From: Oculina patagonica
Taxonomy: Eukaryota
Assembly (NCBI RefSeq): GCF_052425735.1
Contig: NC_135762.1
Location: 30,690,001-30,754,000, forward strand
Direction: 5' to 3'
DNA: 64,000 bases
In this document: in pieces, positions 1 to 31,312 of the stretch
Layout: each line of letters starts with the position of its first letter
Numbering within the stretch: position 1 is the stretch's first letter
The notes under the pieces: generated by a model
Seen by the model: the letters and a program-made list of their open reading frames with translations, nothing else
Database searches by the model: none
Told to the model about the DNA's origin: nothing
Program-made: the position numbers and the translations under genes

Positions 1-564
1 TCGATCTGACATGCTACAGATGTTCAGTTTGTTTGTGGAGGTTGATACTAATTTTTTAAAATCCAACCTTTGATGGTAATTAATAGATTTGCTGAGAAGT
101 AAATCGTATGAACTCTTGAGAACTCGAACCTTTTTCAATTTCCCATGAAGGTTTGAGTTATCGGGAGTTGACTGTACATGCAGATCCCAATGTAGCAATC
201 TCAAGGCAACCCCAAGAGTAACTTATTAGAAAACAATGGCAAATTATAACAGATACGAGAAATGCGTGCCATAATTTCCATTAATTTCCAACAAAATGTT
301 ATTAGACTGTTAAATTTTATCCTTTTCCTCCCAAAATCAAGTACAAAGGCTGATCGATTTGAGTTTTTATTCAAAACATATACATGTAAAGTGAAGCAGC
401 CCACAGATGATAGTTTATTAAAGCTTCTGACATTATTTGTGAAACCCTAAAGACAGCCAGTGCCTTTCAAAACAATTGCATTGACATCATCAGACATCAG
501 CCTTGCTTTTTTCATTAACTGTGAAGTGGATACCTGCTTTTAGTGAAACCAGTACTATACCAGA

Positions 565-759
565 CATCCTCGAAGACCCAGGGGCAGTTAGTGGGGGCGA
601 AAGAAACGCGAAACTGCGGGCAATTGGCATATATAATTGGCATATATAAAAAGTTGTATATAATTATGCTAATTTTTTTGCGCGCAGTTTCGCGCTATTT
701 TTGCCCGCAGTTTTGCGTTTCTTTCGCCCCCACTAACTGCCCCTGGGTCTCCGAGGATG
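565..759. mobile_element. MITE with long TIRs (CATCCTCG...CGAGGATG) and 9-bp TSD TATACCAGA
   Basis: Inverted arms of ~55 bp; TATACCAGA at 556-564 and 760-768. Confidence 0.8.
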
Positions 760-1732
760 TATACCAGACTGTTGTTTTAAAGGTGTGGTTTAAACTCATT
801 TTCACCTCTACCCCGAGAGGGGTCCCATATGAAAAGGACAGGGATGCTCATCAGGAAATTTAAATTGAGCCCATTAAAAGGAACAATCTGGGCACGGCTC
901 AGGTTTTTTTTTTCAAGATATTTTTCTTGCCTGATTGGTGTAGACAACCAACACAGTGTGAGCATTTTTTTTTAGTTTTTCCTGTGAAACCCTAAACCAG
1001 ACCGAGCACAGTGAGACCAAAATCTGTAATTAACACCCTTGATTGAGATAACAGCATCACCCTCTCTTGGGAGTTCCCTCCTTGAGATAAAAGGGGCACT
1101 AAGGATGATTGGTTTGAATTCCTTCATCTCAAACAAACAGTAGATGATGCTGGCTTATTGCAGTTTTCACTGAAATGCAAACTCTGAAATTCAAAATCCA
1201 ACTAAATTTGCGTGTTTGGCTGCCGTCAATCATAATTATGGCAACAGCCAACGAACCATGAAAAACAGAAACAGACAAAATGGATCAAAATCAACCAATC
1301 AAAACTGACAGACGTAACCTTTTGACCCGATTGAAGTGAACTTTTGTTTTCCGAGGCGTCCGCTAAGATGATTGATGGCAGCATAAAGTACAAACAGTGG
1401 GCTGAGGATTCAATTTCAGAGTTCGCATATCACTAAAAACCGCAATAACATCTTCATCTAGATAACTAACAGCGTTGTTTTAGGTTTTTTGGTGCCAAAC
1501 CCTGTCCCTTTTTGAGGGTGTACCTTCTTCTGCTGGGCCCAGTACACCAGACATCAGCACCCACTGGGGGAATCAGACCTGGAACTATGGTGGGCGGGCC
1601 CTTCTTTGTGTGTGTGTACAACCAAAAACTTTTTGGTGGGGTATTTTTTAAAATGTCTTTTACCAAAAACAAGGAGGGGCCCAAGCCCTCAGAACTGCCA
1701 CTGGCACTGAGTTGTCATTACAGGCCTTTCAG

Positions 1733-3310
1733 TTACACTTCATGTTTGATTAGTGATTGTGCAAACTGAGTGAACTGAAACAATGTTGATGCACAAATCT
1801 CGGTAGCAAAGTGTTCATCCCTGTAAGTCATAATGCGACAAAGGTTGCTTTCATTCAAAACATCTGGTTTCTTAGCTTTCAAGAACTCTACTCTCGCCTT
1901 CAGATGAGCCAGTGGTTTTAAAAGGCATGCAGGGTTTTTCCTAACATCTTCCATGTTCACGCCATTCACTGACAATAGATATTCAAGTCTCTCAGTCAGT
2001 TCTCTTTTGTCAAGAGAAAAGAAGTTCTTGGAAGTCACCAGGTTTGCAATCTCTTTGTCGTCAACACATTTACTTTGAAACCAGTGGATGACATCCTCTA
2101 TCGCTGCATTGTCATTGTCGAACAGAAATCTTGTTTGCGCTAGATTATACAGCACTGTTGGACTTTGGACAATGTCGTAAATTAATTGAACCCTATTTGT
2201 CATAGCTTTAATATCAAATTTTACAAAGAACTCAGTTCTTGCAATGAGAAGGTGTTGTATAACTTCCATTTCCAGTAGAAGAGGTTTGCTTCTGAAAAAC
2301 TCCACTGCACTGATTAACGTGTTGATGTCAATATTAAAGAACATGGGATTCTTGGCAGCAATGATAAGCGGGGACACTTGCATTTCGTGAAGAAAACCAA
2401 CCACTTGTTTAAAATTATCTCTCGAACTGACTTGTTCTTTAAATTTTTCTAATGACTGAAGGAGCAAGCTGAGAACTGCCTTCTCATCTTCTTTTTCATC
2501 AATACCATTTGACTGGGCGTCATTATGAGACTCCATTAAAAGTGCAATTATCTCCAAGGAATCATCTCTAAATGGAAAGCTGAGAATTAGGGGATTCTCT
2601 GAAACAAGCTTTCCAATTGTGTCCTTTGGCAAGCCTGCGGTTTCAAGTTTGTGGATGTTTTCAATCGCTCTGCTGTGCTCAAGACCAAAGACATAAGGTG
2701 TTCTACACATCAATTTTACAATATCACAGTTCAAATCGTTGAGGACTTTCAGCATCTCAGTAAAGCTGGCTGAATCCCATGAGAGAATCGCTGGAAATTC
2801 CAGAGCTATTATCAATGCATCTCTTCCTGTGATTCCTATCTGAGCCAAGAAAATCAACCTTTCTTCAAGAAGATTTGCTGTCAGTCCAAGAATCCGTGGT
2901 GATTCGGGTTTCAAGCCAGCAGAAACGTTCAACTTGCTATTTTTTAGATGCTTGGTTAAAAGGCTCGACCAGCTTTTAAAAATATTACCTTTTCCACGTG
3001 CATAAGTTCTTTCCAGTTTCTTGACGTATTCGTATAAGTTTAGATCTTCAGAAGAAGGAATATCGTGTCGATGCACTGATGTCTTTGCACACCCTTGATG
3101 ATTGAAGTCTTCCTTACGTAATTTGTGACGATCATGTTCAGAAAAATCGCTAACAACTTCATTCAGTCCTTTCTCACCTATGTAATTAGCTGAAGATCTA
3201 AAACTTGAAGTTGTGAAATAGCGATTTATACGGCAAGTTAAACGAAAAATTCCAAAACTCGGAAAAAATTGACCAGGAACAGCGAAACGAGATAACCTCA
3301 CGGCTGCCAT
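1733..3310 (-). CDS. mTERF-family mitochondrial transcription termination factor-like protein, single exon, 525 aa
   Basis: Uninterrupted ORF. The N-terminus is rich in Arg/Ser/Phe and lacks acidic residues (mitochondrial presequence-like). Repeated mTERF-type motifs (L..RL.FL..IG....I...FP.IL; L..R.EYL...GV..EDV.KNP..L...L..LK.R.EFL). C-terminal D..F...IC...F..F end typical of the family. Subfamily not assigned. Confidence 0.8.
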   Translation of the reverse strand: MAAVRLSRFAVPGQFFPSFGIFRLTCRINRYFTTSSFRSSANYIGEKGLNEVVSDFSEHDRHKLRKEDFNHQGCAKTSVHRHDIPSSEDLNLYEYVKKLERTYARGKGNIFKSWSSLLTKHLKNSKLNVSAGLKPESPRILGLTANLLEERLIFLAQIGITGRDALIIALEFPAILSWDSASFTEMLKVLNDLNCDIVKLMCRTPYVFGLEHSRAIENIHKLETAGLPKDTIGKLVSENPLILSFPFRDDSLEIIALLMESHNDAQSNGIDEKEDEKAVLSLLLQSLEKFKEQVSSRDNFKQVVGFLHEMQVSPLIIAAKNPMFFNIDINTLISAVEFFRSKPLLLEMEVIQHLLIARTEFFVKFDIKAMTNRVQLIYDIVQSPTVLYNLAQTRFLFDNDNAAIEDVIHWFQSKCVDDKEIANLVTSKNFFSLDKRELTERLEYLLSVNGVNMEDVRKNPACLLKPLAHLKARVEFLKAKKPDVLNESNLCRIMTYRDEHFATEICASTLFQFTQFAQSLIKHEV

Positions 3311-3697
3311 CTTGCACGTGGAGCAGGAAGGGACTGGGGACGATAAAAGTTTTCATGTCACCTTACATGAAGAAAAAATTGAGTATTGCACCATTTTCAA
3401 GATGGCTGCCTTTGTCGGCGAAATTTTGAGTGGTTTTGTCCCATTTTAAGGAACTTTGTTTGCAATAAATAGGATATTTTTTAATTATTAGTCATAATTC
3501 CTTTTAATCCATTCTTACAATATGAAAATACCCTCCAAATTTGTCAGAATTCCCCTCAAAATTTCGAAACCGGAAGTGCTGAATAATGCGCGCGCATTTT
3601 AACTCTCACGTGGCTTTACGGAAGCCATTTCTTTCTGGCAAAAATTTTCGAAATCAGTGAATTTAGTGTACTTGGTGTCTTCAGATAATATAAATTG
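3311..3697. promoter_or_regulatory. Compact bidirectional promoter / 5' UTR region shared by mTERF (-) and ABCE1 (+)
   Basis: The two ATGs are 387 bp apart, head-to-head. YY1-like CAAGATGGCTGCC at 3398-3410, with a second YY1-like site overlapping the mTERF ATG. ETS-like CCGGAAGT at 3570-3577. Palindrome AATGCGCGCGCATT (NRF1-like) at 3585-3598. CACGTG E-boxes near 3315 and 3607. Confidence 0.6.
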
Positions 3698-21764
<18,067 letters not shown>

Positions 21765-22346
21765 AGCACCCTCAATTGTTACTCCAGCTAAAATCAGTAT
21801 CAAATAAAGCTCTCCGTGAGAGGAGTGATGGTGGATGTAACAGAACATGTCTGTAATGGCAGGATGATATGCAAGCACTGCTGAGAACACTGACCAAAAT
21901 GAAAATTCTCCTTACTGGCTTCTATACACATCTTGTAGTACTAGTTGGGAGAATCTTATTATCTATCTATAGATAATTACCCTTTAAGATGGATAAGTGA
22001 CTTTATTCTCAATATATCCACGGTCTTATGAGAAGTCAGATCGTGAACCGCTATAAAATTTAACAAAACTTTACTTCGTAACTGATGTTCAAATATTACG
22101 TACAGTACTCTTAGTTAGTAGTTTTATGTATTGCAGGATGGTAAATAAACTGCATCCTGATTCCAACAAGAGTCTTTGTCTTTCTTAGGCCCTGATTTCA
22201 TGATCGGTTTGCGGTGATCCCGGCTAGTCTGTTTAACACAGAAAAATGTCTTTCGCGGTTACATGATAACCTTAACCAGACCGGTAAACCGAGATCCCAG
22301 CCATAAACCATGAAATCGCACTGCCGGGCCAGCGCATTAAAGTGAT

Positions 22347-22908
22347 TTAATATCATAGGTGACAAATTACTCCTTAATTTTGGCGCGAAATTTTAACGTT
22401 AATTTATAATTTCACATGTGAAATTATAAAATTGCCATGGCACCGTAGTTAGCGGCAAGATGGCGTCCGTAATCAAAGATGTTTTAGAGCTTAAACTTCG
22501 TACATTTTCGCTTGTATTTCATCTTAGCCAGCTAGCCTTGGCCATATAATAAAACTTTTGATGATATTTTATATTTCAAAACGTCAAAACGACTTCTAGA
22601 CTTATATTAAGCCAATATACATAGATGGCATCGAGCGGATTTTTGAACGTTTTACACGGGCACCGTTTTCAGTTCATTCAAGACGAACTACGGTCATACA
22701 GTGAGAAATAATTGACAGTTGATTCATCTTTGAAACTTTTTGTCAACAGCAAAAAGGAATCTCTAAAAGGTTTTCTTCAAAGACTAAAAAAACCTTGCGA
22801 ACTTGAGCAAAATGTATGCTTTCAACTTTTCAAAGCTCGGAGTTTGCGATGCAATTTATTAGTCAAAAACCTACGATTGCAAGCGTAATTTGTCACCTTT
22901 GATATTAA
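22347..22908. mobile_element. Non-autonomous TIR element
   Basis: TTTAATATCATAGGTGACAAATTAC ... GTAATTTGTCACCTTTGATATTAAA inverted ends. Confidence 0.55.
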
Positions 22909-23305
22909 AATGTAATCAAATGGAATACTCGTGAAATTAGGAAATAATTTCCTAATTTCACTCGTCACCATTTGATTGCCAGTACTAATTTCGCTTCAGA
23001 GCAAAATGATCTACCAATAAATCGATATTTCTTTTCCTATTTAGCTCATAAATCATTCATTATCATTAAATGTATTGCAGACCATGAAGCTATCTGAGAC
23101 TGCCAAAAGTACCAAATTGCTCGAACAATTTCTTTGCGCCTAAATAACTCGTGCTATATTTAATTAACCCATCGTCTGCGCAAAATCTAGTTCATTCCGG
23201 GCTAACCCGGCTCATAATACAAGGCTGAAAGACATCTCGGCAAACCAGGCAATCGCTCTTAAGTGGGCTAGCCCAGATGATGGAATCAGAACTTTTTGTT
23301 AAGTG

Positions 23306-24169
23306 TTAAAACAGGCATCTTTTCTTGCAGCACTTCTGAGTGAACAGTTCTTTTACGGCTTGCCTAAAGCGAGGGCAACGAAAAGAGTACAGTATAGGAT
23401 TCGCCATTGATCCTAACAGCGCAAGCAAAATTGAAATAACTTCGTAAACTTTAAAGCTTTCGCTGCACCGAAAACTGCTAGAGGAAAGCCTTCCAAAAGA
23501 CATTGACCAACTAACGATAAAAATCAACGTCGCTGCCATGAATAGTTTTGTAAGCTTCCAACGTGATTTCAAAAGCGCCTTGTTCGTCGCTTTATTCTCC
23601 TCGGTGTTGAACCATACATGAAGTATTACCCGAGCGTAGCACAGCGTCATAACGCTTCCAGGTATGGTTATTGAAAGTACAAGAAGCGTACCTGCATAGC
23701 CCACTACAAGAGCTTCATCCGACTTGGAACTCGCGCAGAAATCGGACCTTTCACCACCGAATACAAAGTAACCCGGAGTTGTAACGATTGAAGAAAAAGC
23801 CAAAACGGCCAGAATGAGTTTTTTTACGAGAGAAATCGTGACGTTCGCCTTGTAAAAGAACGGCTTTAAAATTGCCAGGTATCTTTCAATCGCTAGTAAA
23901 GTGAGTATCAAAATTGAGACCAGTGTGTAGAACATATATGGGACTTGTAGGCGAAAGTTTGAGCCAGTAGCGAAGAGGAGAATGTTGGTTTCTGCAATGA
24001 TTCCAAAAATGAAATCGCCCACGGCGAGGCAGGATAGTAGAAATGTGTTTGGACATTGCATCTTCTTGTTCCTTCGAACAACTATGACTACGAAAGAATT
24101 TCCAATTAGATTGCAAAGAAAAATTGGCAGCGAAATGCATTCTGCTGCGATAAGAAAATCTTCATTCAT
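23306..24169 (-). CDS. Intronless rhodopsin-like (class A) GPCR, paralogue 1 (most divergent), 287 aa
   Basis: Seven hydrophobic segments; GN in TM1, LAVGD in TM2, AIERY, P in TM5, NPILY in TM7, helix 8 FRQAVKELF plus a CC palmitoylation-like site. Confidence 0.88.
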   Translation of the reverse strand: MNEDFLIAAECISLPIFLCNLIGNSFVVIVVRRNKKMQCPNTFLLSCLAVGDFIFGIIAETNILLFATGSNFRLQVPYMFYTLVSILILTLLAIERYLAILKPFFYKANVTISLVKKLILAVLAFSSIVTTPGYFVFGGERSDFCASSKSDEALVVGYAGTLLVLSITIPGSVMTLCYARVILHVWFNTEENKATNKALLKSRWKLTKLFMAATLIFIVSWSMSFGRLSSSSFRCSESFKVYEVISILLALLGSMANPILYSFRCPRFRQAVKELFTQKCCKKRCLF

Positions 24170-25416
24170 GCTGACAAATGCAGCATAAGAAAAACTGGAA
24201 AGGAAAACTTATCAACAAAAACGATTTTAAGATCCAGATGCCCTCTCGATCGGAAGACTTAAGCTAGTGCTTGAATTTTAATGTCTTATTACGCCTTATT
24301 TGCAAGTTTATTTGTAGAGGCACATATAGAAAATAAATGACTAAATAAACAGAAAAATAAATAGGACAGCAAAATTGAAATACATTTAAAAGTATATTAA
24401 ATGTACAAAGGTATTTTGCATTTGAAAAGTTTTGATAAGATGTGGGAGGGATTATTTGTTAAAAACATTTCTATTTATAGGAAAAAGCAATAAGCTTAAA
24501 ATGAGTATTGGTTGCGCTGTCATGTTTTTCTTTGTTCATTTTAATATTACTTCAAACATTTTAAAATCTTTGAGAAGGTCTTTTGATTAAATTTATTAGG
24601 ATGTGCCGGAAATGCTTTTTTTTTTTTACAAAAATAAAATAATAATTTGTGCTGGCTTGAATGAGAGTAAATAAATGAAGACAATCATGCTTAAAATGTA
24701 CACTGAATTTTGTATTTTATTACATTGGTCTTTTTATCTTACTGAAGGGAAATACATCTAAGTTTACAACCCTCTAAAAAAATACTACATTTATATTTGC
24801 ATTTGTAAGCGGAATTGCACGTTATTTCAAGGGAGATCTTCCAGGATAAGGCATTTCCCGATTGTGTTTGCCTCTTCCTCAAAACGAGGCCCAGTGTATA
24901 TTTGTTGTTTTACAAACTGGATTGTAAATGGGTCAAACTGACTTTCATTTGAGTTATTCCGGCAGTATGAAGTCGTTTCCTGGCGTTGAATCTAAACTCA
25001 CTAGCGTGATCGTTCTAGCTCTTTCACCTTTTAAAGATTTGAGAGTAGTCCGTTAAATTAAATGCGAAATTTACTTGACCACGAGCCCATTTGAAAGAAA
25101 AGGTTCTGAGCTCAAAATTAAAATAAGAGAACAATGCAGCAATATGGCTTATAATTTTCACACTACAGCTCTATATGTACCCAAACAACATCAAAGCAAT
25201 CATACACAAGTCAGTAGTGTTTTATATTATTTTCATTAGTAATTACTTAAAAAACTTATTAAAACAATCATTCAAAAGATGTTGTAGAGACGAAATAAAT
25301 TATCATCTCACGAAAATTAAAACTGGTTCAACAGTTTTTCCGTGTCATTCTTTTTTCAATTTCTTGTAAAGGATATCTGTTTGTACTCAAAGGTCTGGTA
25401 ATATTTGGCCGTCTCT

Positions 25417-26292
25417 TTACTTTCCAAGAAAATTTAGCAACTTAACAACTTCTTGTCGAAATCTTGGACAGCGAAATGAGTAAATCACAGGATTGGCTGC
25501 TGAACCGAGCAGGGCAAGTAACATAGAAGACAGCTCGAACTTCCAGGAATTTTCGCTTTTCAAAAATTGTGTTTTGATTAGGGTTCCGAATGTAGGAGTC
25601 CAAGTAACTATGAATATTACAGTAACAATAATAAAAAGTTTTGTCAATTTGCGTCGTGACCGTAAAAGAGCAAGATTTGTCGCTCTGTTGGCTTCCGTCT
25701 TGAGCCACACGTGATAAATAACCCGCGAATAACAGAAAATCATCACAACACTCGGTAAAATAAGACCAAATGCGAAGACAACAAATATGTAAACTGTGCT
25801 AAGAGTTTCAAGCCAAACAGGCTCCCCATCTGTTACGTTCATCGTGGCGTTTTCCTTGGCGTATGCTCTACGTAGAGCGGCGATAGGATATCCCGGCGCG
25901 CTCAAAACGCCAGCGAGGATCCATATCGCGAGAAGAACTTTCCACATCAGAGATTTCACCGCTCTTGTCAAGTGCACAAAAGGTTTCAGAATCGCAAAAT
26001 ACCTCTCCACTGCCAGAGCAACTAACATGAAAATGGAAGCCAAAGCGTGGAAGATGAATTCACCAAACGAATTGATCCAAATTGAGCCAGATTGCTGAGG
26101 GAGGCGAAATATGACAAAACTAAGGATGGCAAAAGCCACGTCCGAGGCAGCGAGGTTAGCCAGGAGGAATGTGTTGGCATTGTGTAGTTTCTTGTTTTTC
26201 TTTATAACAACAATGACGAGAACGTTGCCAATAACATTGCAAAGTAGAATTGGAGTCGAAACACCAGTTAAAACCAAAGTGAATGAAGCCAT
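25417..26292 (-). CDS. Intronless class A GPCR, paralogue 2, 291 aa
   Basis: GN, LAASD, AVERY, CYSRV, WTP and NPVIYSFRCPRFRQE motifs; 7 TM segments. Confidence 0.9.
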   Translation of the reverse strand: MASFTLVLTGVSTPILLCNVIGNVLVIVVIKKNKKLHNANTFLLANLAASDVAFAILSFVIFRLPQQSGSIWINSFGEFIFHALASIFMLVALAVERYFAILKPFVHLTRAVKSLMWKVLLAIWILAGVLSAPGYPIAALRRAYAKENATMNVTDGEPVWLETLSTVYIFVVFAFGLILPSVVMIFCYSRVIYHVWLKTEANRATNLALLRSRRKLTKLFIIVTVIFIVTWTPTFGTLIKTQFLKSENSWKFELSSMLLALLGSAANPVIYSFRCPRFRQEVVKLLNFLGK

Positions 26293-26869
26293 TAGCCTCT
26301 TAAAATAAGATACTTCTTCCTCAGTGGGAACCTATATCTAATGCCATTTCACAGCACGGCGTGCCAGTTTTATACTGAGATAAGATTTGTTTTTGTTTTT
26401 TTAAAGGGATATACAGTCCATTGACTTCTATATTTGCAATACACAGTACAACCTAAAAAGCCCAGCGCTCTCTCTGATTGGTTCTCTAACAACAATTAAC
26501 ACGCTTTTAATGTAAAAAACTCCATTACAAGCTATCAAGGATCATTTACAATCGAAAATAAGCAAACAGATAGCTGTATAACAAAGAAAACCTTTCCTTT
26601 CATTAAATAAAACTTCCGTTTCCATAGGTACATGATTTTGCTCCGTGCCGCAAACAATGTTTTTTTTTTTCAGTTACTTTAATTATAGCGAGTTGAATGG
26701 CTTGCTGTGATCCTTATCGGATAATTAAGATGTACAAACCGAGATGGTATTCCCATTATGAAATTTATATGTGATAAAAATTCAGTGAAATTTTAATACA
26801 AGAACATATTTTTTTTTTTTTTCGCGCAGTAAGTTTGAGGCGTGCTGCTAAACCATGACGTCATATCTA

Positions 26870-29302
26870 CAGTCCGACCTCTATTAAGCGACCACCCTCG
26901 GGACTTTGAAAAGTGGCCGCTTAATATAGGTTGGCCGAAAAGGAATTGCAGTAAACACGATTTTATTGACTTTATATAGCAAAATTCTTTTAAAAATAGG
27001 GCCCCAATGGGTCCATGTGTTTTGCTGCTAGAGCAAAGTCTTAGGGAACATGTTGATGAAAGACAAGTGAGTCGAGATTGAAATCCAACGTCTTTTATTG
27101 TCTGTCACTTGTGTGCAGGTTAATAATTGCACTATATTGTAGTCACTTTGTGTTAATTCAATCCTGATAATTTTACTGATCAATGTTATGTTGAAATCAA
27201 AGACAGCAAACATAATTTAATTACTAGTAAGTTAACGTAATGTCTGACATGATTGTCTCTTTGATAAAAAACAGTAACTCTTAACATTATAAAAAAATCT
27301 CAATGAACTCAATGTGATTCTTTTAGTGGCGTTATCTCACTGGTTACCGTTAGTTGTATTTGGAATCATTGTCACAATGGTAGCGTTTTAACAACAACGA
27401 AAAAGACAGAATCTATTGACCTTATAAGAACTCAATGTGATATTTATTAGTGACAAGACAGTGGTTCTTTAACCACTTTCACCCAAATTAAACACTGGAA
27501 CAACTAACTCTTAACAAACTTGTTGTGTCACCCTGAGTTAAATATACAAAATTCAGAAATTATAAATAATCGCACGCGCACCGGCGTACAACAACAGAAA
27601 GACGGCGTTGAACGTAACGCAAAGTTCATTTTGAAAGCGAAAGTTTACAAATAATTATTATCATTCGTCAGTCATCCCTTCACGCATGAACACTCGTCGA
27701 ATTTCAGTGTCTTCACAACAAGATCGGAAGATCGATAAGGACCAATTTTTGATTCTGCGAAAGTTCGTTTTCTTAAAGTTTTAGAAATTTGTGAAGTTGC
27801 AGGATTCACTGAGGACTGCGTAGCCGAAGATGCAGTGGCTCGCTGGACATCAAATTCTATTTTTCACGGCGTTTAATTAATCTTCACAAAATAAACATGT
27901 GGCGCCAGCGCGTCTGGCAGTCAAAAATTCATTTTTCAAAAAACTTTCCCTTTCCAGCTATTTTAGCGGGGCTTATACTATAGTACCTACCTGTCAGTCG
28001 TAGAAAAGCTGAAATTTAAGGATGAACTGTTTATTAAATGAAGACCGTATTATTTTTTAATAACTAGTAAACAAACTGGTCGCCACGCATTTAAACACGA
28101 ACTGACGAATGTTGCATCTGATGCAGTGAATCTGGTGAATGAGAACTTCCTTTAATATTTCTTTGTTTTCGACGGTGTGCACCACTGAATAAGTTTCTTT
28201 CCCATTGTGATGTTACTAGTATTAATTCGTTTCTAGCTGTCTTTTATATAGCTCGAATACAGCTACAATTAGCGGTGCAGCCTACCAGCATGGTATATTC
28301 CTTTCCAGCTGTCTTTGCGTGACAAGTTACACGTTCATACATTTTATTTTAAAATATGAAGTTCAGAGTTAATACAGTACTAGTATGCTGTAGACAGTGT
28401 AGACAAGGTGAGGGTAAGTTTATTTTCAAAGCGAAAGTTTACAAACTGTGCACTAACCGGTCCTTTGGAGAAAATATTTATGACCTTCGGCGAGGTTCCA
28501 AGTCTTCGCTCTTTTCGTAAATGATGAAAACTGCAGAATAATTTTCTCATAAAACTGGAGTGGTCGCGCCACAGTTTGTTTTCTTTCCCAATGCGATATA
28601 CTTTTAAATCGGTTTTCTGTTTTCCAACGTGTCCAACGTGGTTTGCGTTCGAATACTTTGGCCCGTAACTTCGAATGCGATCAGCGCTACGGTTCATTGG
28701 TTTCGATTTTGTTTGTTCATGGATTTGATTGACATCGGTAGTTCAGATTTCTCCTCTGTTACGGCACTTACACCTTACGGCACTTACGGCACAAACTTCA
28801 GCTCTCAATGTGTTTTGCTTGCAGCCATTGCGGCTGCAGCAAAACACAAAAAGTGAACGTATATGAGGATAAATCCAAAATTCATGGTAACAAAACATCA
28901 AGTGCATTTCCAGCCAATGCATAGTTTTAGCTTTAACACACAGGGCACCTAGTTGAAATGTACAGTGTATTTCTTTGGGTTCATAATGTACCGAAAAAGA
29001 TGCAAAATATCGTTGACAAGTTTCTTATATTAGGCCTTTTTGTATCAAAAGTTAGTACGTGAAAACAAAATGTGCTCAAGATATTTCACCATTTCGCTTG
29101 GAAATATGGTTTGCTGGCCGTTTATTAAATAGAGGTAAAAAACCATATAAATAATACACTTGCGACAGCAAAAAGGTGGCCGCGGCTGCTTAATAGAGGT
29201 GGCCGTTGAATAGAGGTATCAAATACAGCAGTTTAGTGACAAATAAATCGGGATTTTGGAAAGTGGCCGCTTAATGGAGGTTGGCCGCTTAATAGAGGTC
29301 GG
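26870..29302. mobile_element. ~2.4-kb non-autonomous Tc1/pogo-like DNA element between the divergent GPCR paralogues 2 and 3
   Basis: TA|CAGTCCGACCTCTATTAAGCG at the left end; CGCTTAATAGAGGTCGG at the right with the last bases eroded; subterminal GGCCGCTTAAT repeats at both ends. The paralogous empty site is at ~32851-32896. Confidence 0.7.
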
Positions 29303-29511
29303 TTTTCAAGTTTGACGAGAGAATAATACGTGAGCCGTCAGGTGAGGGCATTAAGCTGCTTTTCTAGTGCAGCATTAAAAATAATATTGTTCATCCAAAA
29401 AAACAAAACTCGCGATACCAGGAGTTTCTCAGCTATTTTACAATTAGGATCAAAACTAAAGAGGTTTTACCCTGAGAACATAAAATTTTGAAAACAATAT
29501 TCATAAAATAA

Positions 29512-29699
29512 AATGGGCCATTACCGAGTTACCCTTTGCCTCTGCTTTAAAATGAGTTTTCTTGGGAAACCGTTCATATGGAAATCAGTTTCACCTACAG
29601 GACCATTTTCATACAAATCAAACTCATTTTCATTTGAATGGTTTCGCACTTAGACTCGTTCTGAAGCAGAGGCAAAGATTAACTCGGAAATGACCTATT
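29512..29699. mobile_element. Short MITE (AATRGGCCATT.CCGAGTT termini); partial copy near 24846
   Basis: Inverted ends CCGAGTTACCCTTTGCCTCTGCTT / AAGCAGAGGCAAAGATTAACTCGG. Confidence 0.6.
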
Positions 29700-31312
29700 G
29701 AATTTCTATCGTATGGATAATTACCACAAAATCCAGAAGAGGAAAAAATAAACACTTAAAAATGAAAATAAAAAAATTCATTTGAAGAAGACATTTCTTT
29801 CGTGATCCTCAGTTTCTAGTTCACAATCAGTCAACGTAGCATTCCTGATGAAGAAAAAAACAGAAATGCATAAAACTGTAAAAACAGCTCATATATTCCT
29901 GATTTACGGATTCACATACTCTTTGTCGTGGAAAAGGAGGATCATTTCAACTAACGCTGATGAATCACATCCTGTATGCTAATATGGTTTTGTAACTGCG
30001 CGCAAGTTTATTTATTTTGCAACTGGTTCTCCTGATAGAGTAAAATAATGGAAATTTTATTTTTATAAAATCGCAATTAAATAAAGTGGTCGTCCAAGTA
30101 ATATTTTAGTTATTCAGACAGCTGGATATCAAACTGCTAACAGATAAAAGTAAGACAGTCTAATATTTTAATAAATATTATGAAAAGAAAAAATAATAAG
30201 CCAACCCAAGTCCATAATTTTTAGTTGCGTTTTTCACTTACTAGAAAAAAACCCAGCAATTCTCTTCCAAAAGTTAAAAAAAATAATTTCCCTTTGAACG
30301 TTATGTTTAAAATTCCTTTGTTTTTAGATAAGCAAGGCGTTTGAATAGCCGTAAAAGATTTGGTGCATGCGTAATGTTAGTTATGTCGATTCGACCAATT
30401 TTTGCACGTAAAATGTCGAAGAACGTTGCCTTAAACGAGCAGCAGGCCAACTGCAATAACAAACGTTGTCTCTTTTTTGTGAGAAAAGAGGCCATGAAAG
30501 CAATGACGCAAGAAAAAGAAACAAGATTAGAAGACCTACAGGATAGTGATATCGAAATTGAATTTAGCAAGCTTTTAACGAAGACGTATTAATCTTCGAG
30601 TTTTTGTTGACTAAACAAAAGGTAAGTTCATTAATGTGTGCTCACAGTTCTCGCAGCTTCTTGATGACACAGCTGCGCCTATAAACATTGCATGCACTTG
30701 ACAAACCACTTATATCAGTTTTTGTTGATTTGCGAGCAAACGCTTTTGTTTACTTTAGGCATAAAGGGAAGAAAATTAATAGTGAAAATTTTGTGTTGAT
30801 CAGATAAAAATAGGAATTAGCAACGGCCAAAATATTGCGTACAGATTAGACGCCATACATTACGTTGTTTCTACTGGTGAACAGAGAAAAAAGTATTAAA
30901 TGAGAATGAAAACGAACATGCTGATTTTTGTGTTTTGTTTCGTTAAAATATACTGTTCTTATTATAATCGTATCTCTCGGTGTGTCGTTTTTTGATGATT
31001 CATTGTACTGTTTCTCGTTTACATGGACAGCGTTGAGCAGTCAATGGAATTTTTATAAAACTAAAAATGTTCTTTCAGTCGACTGCTGCACGTACTGTCG
31101 CACTCGAGAGCGCAGCTTTGTTTGCTTAACGGTATATTAAAATAAACTCTTGTGTAAGTCATAAATAAAACGTTAATTGTATTTAACGTGCGCTGCTACG
31201 AAATGGTATATTTAGAATTCCTTAAACGAAGGAGGATCTCTTATTTTCGAGTACAGTTTGTGCGCTGTTTATTTCAAAAACGTCTTAGCCAATTACTGCA
31301 ATTTTTCTGCAT

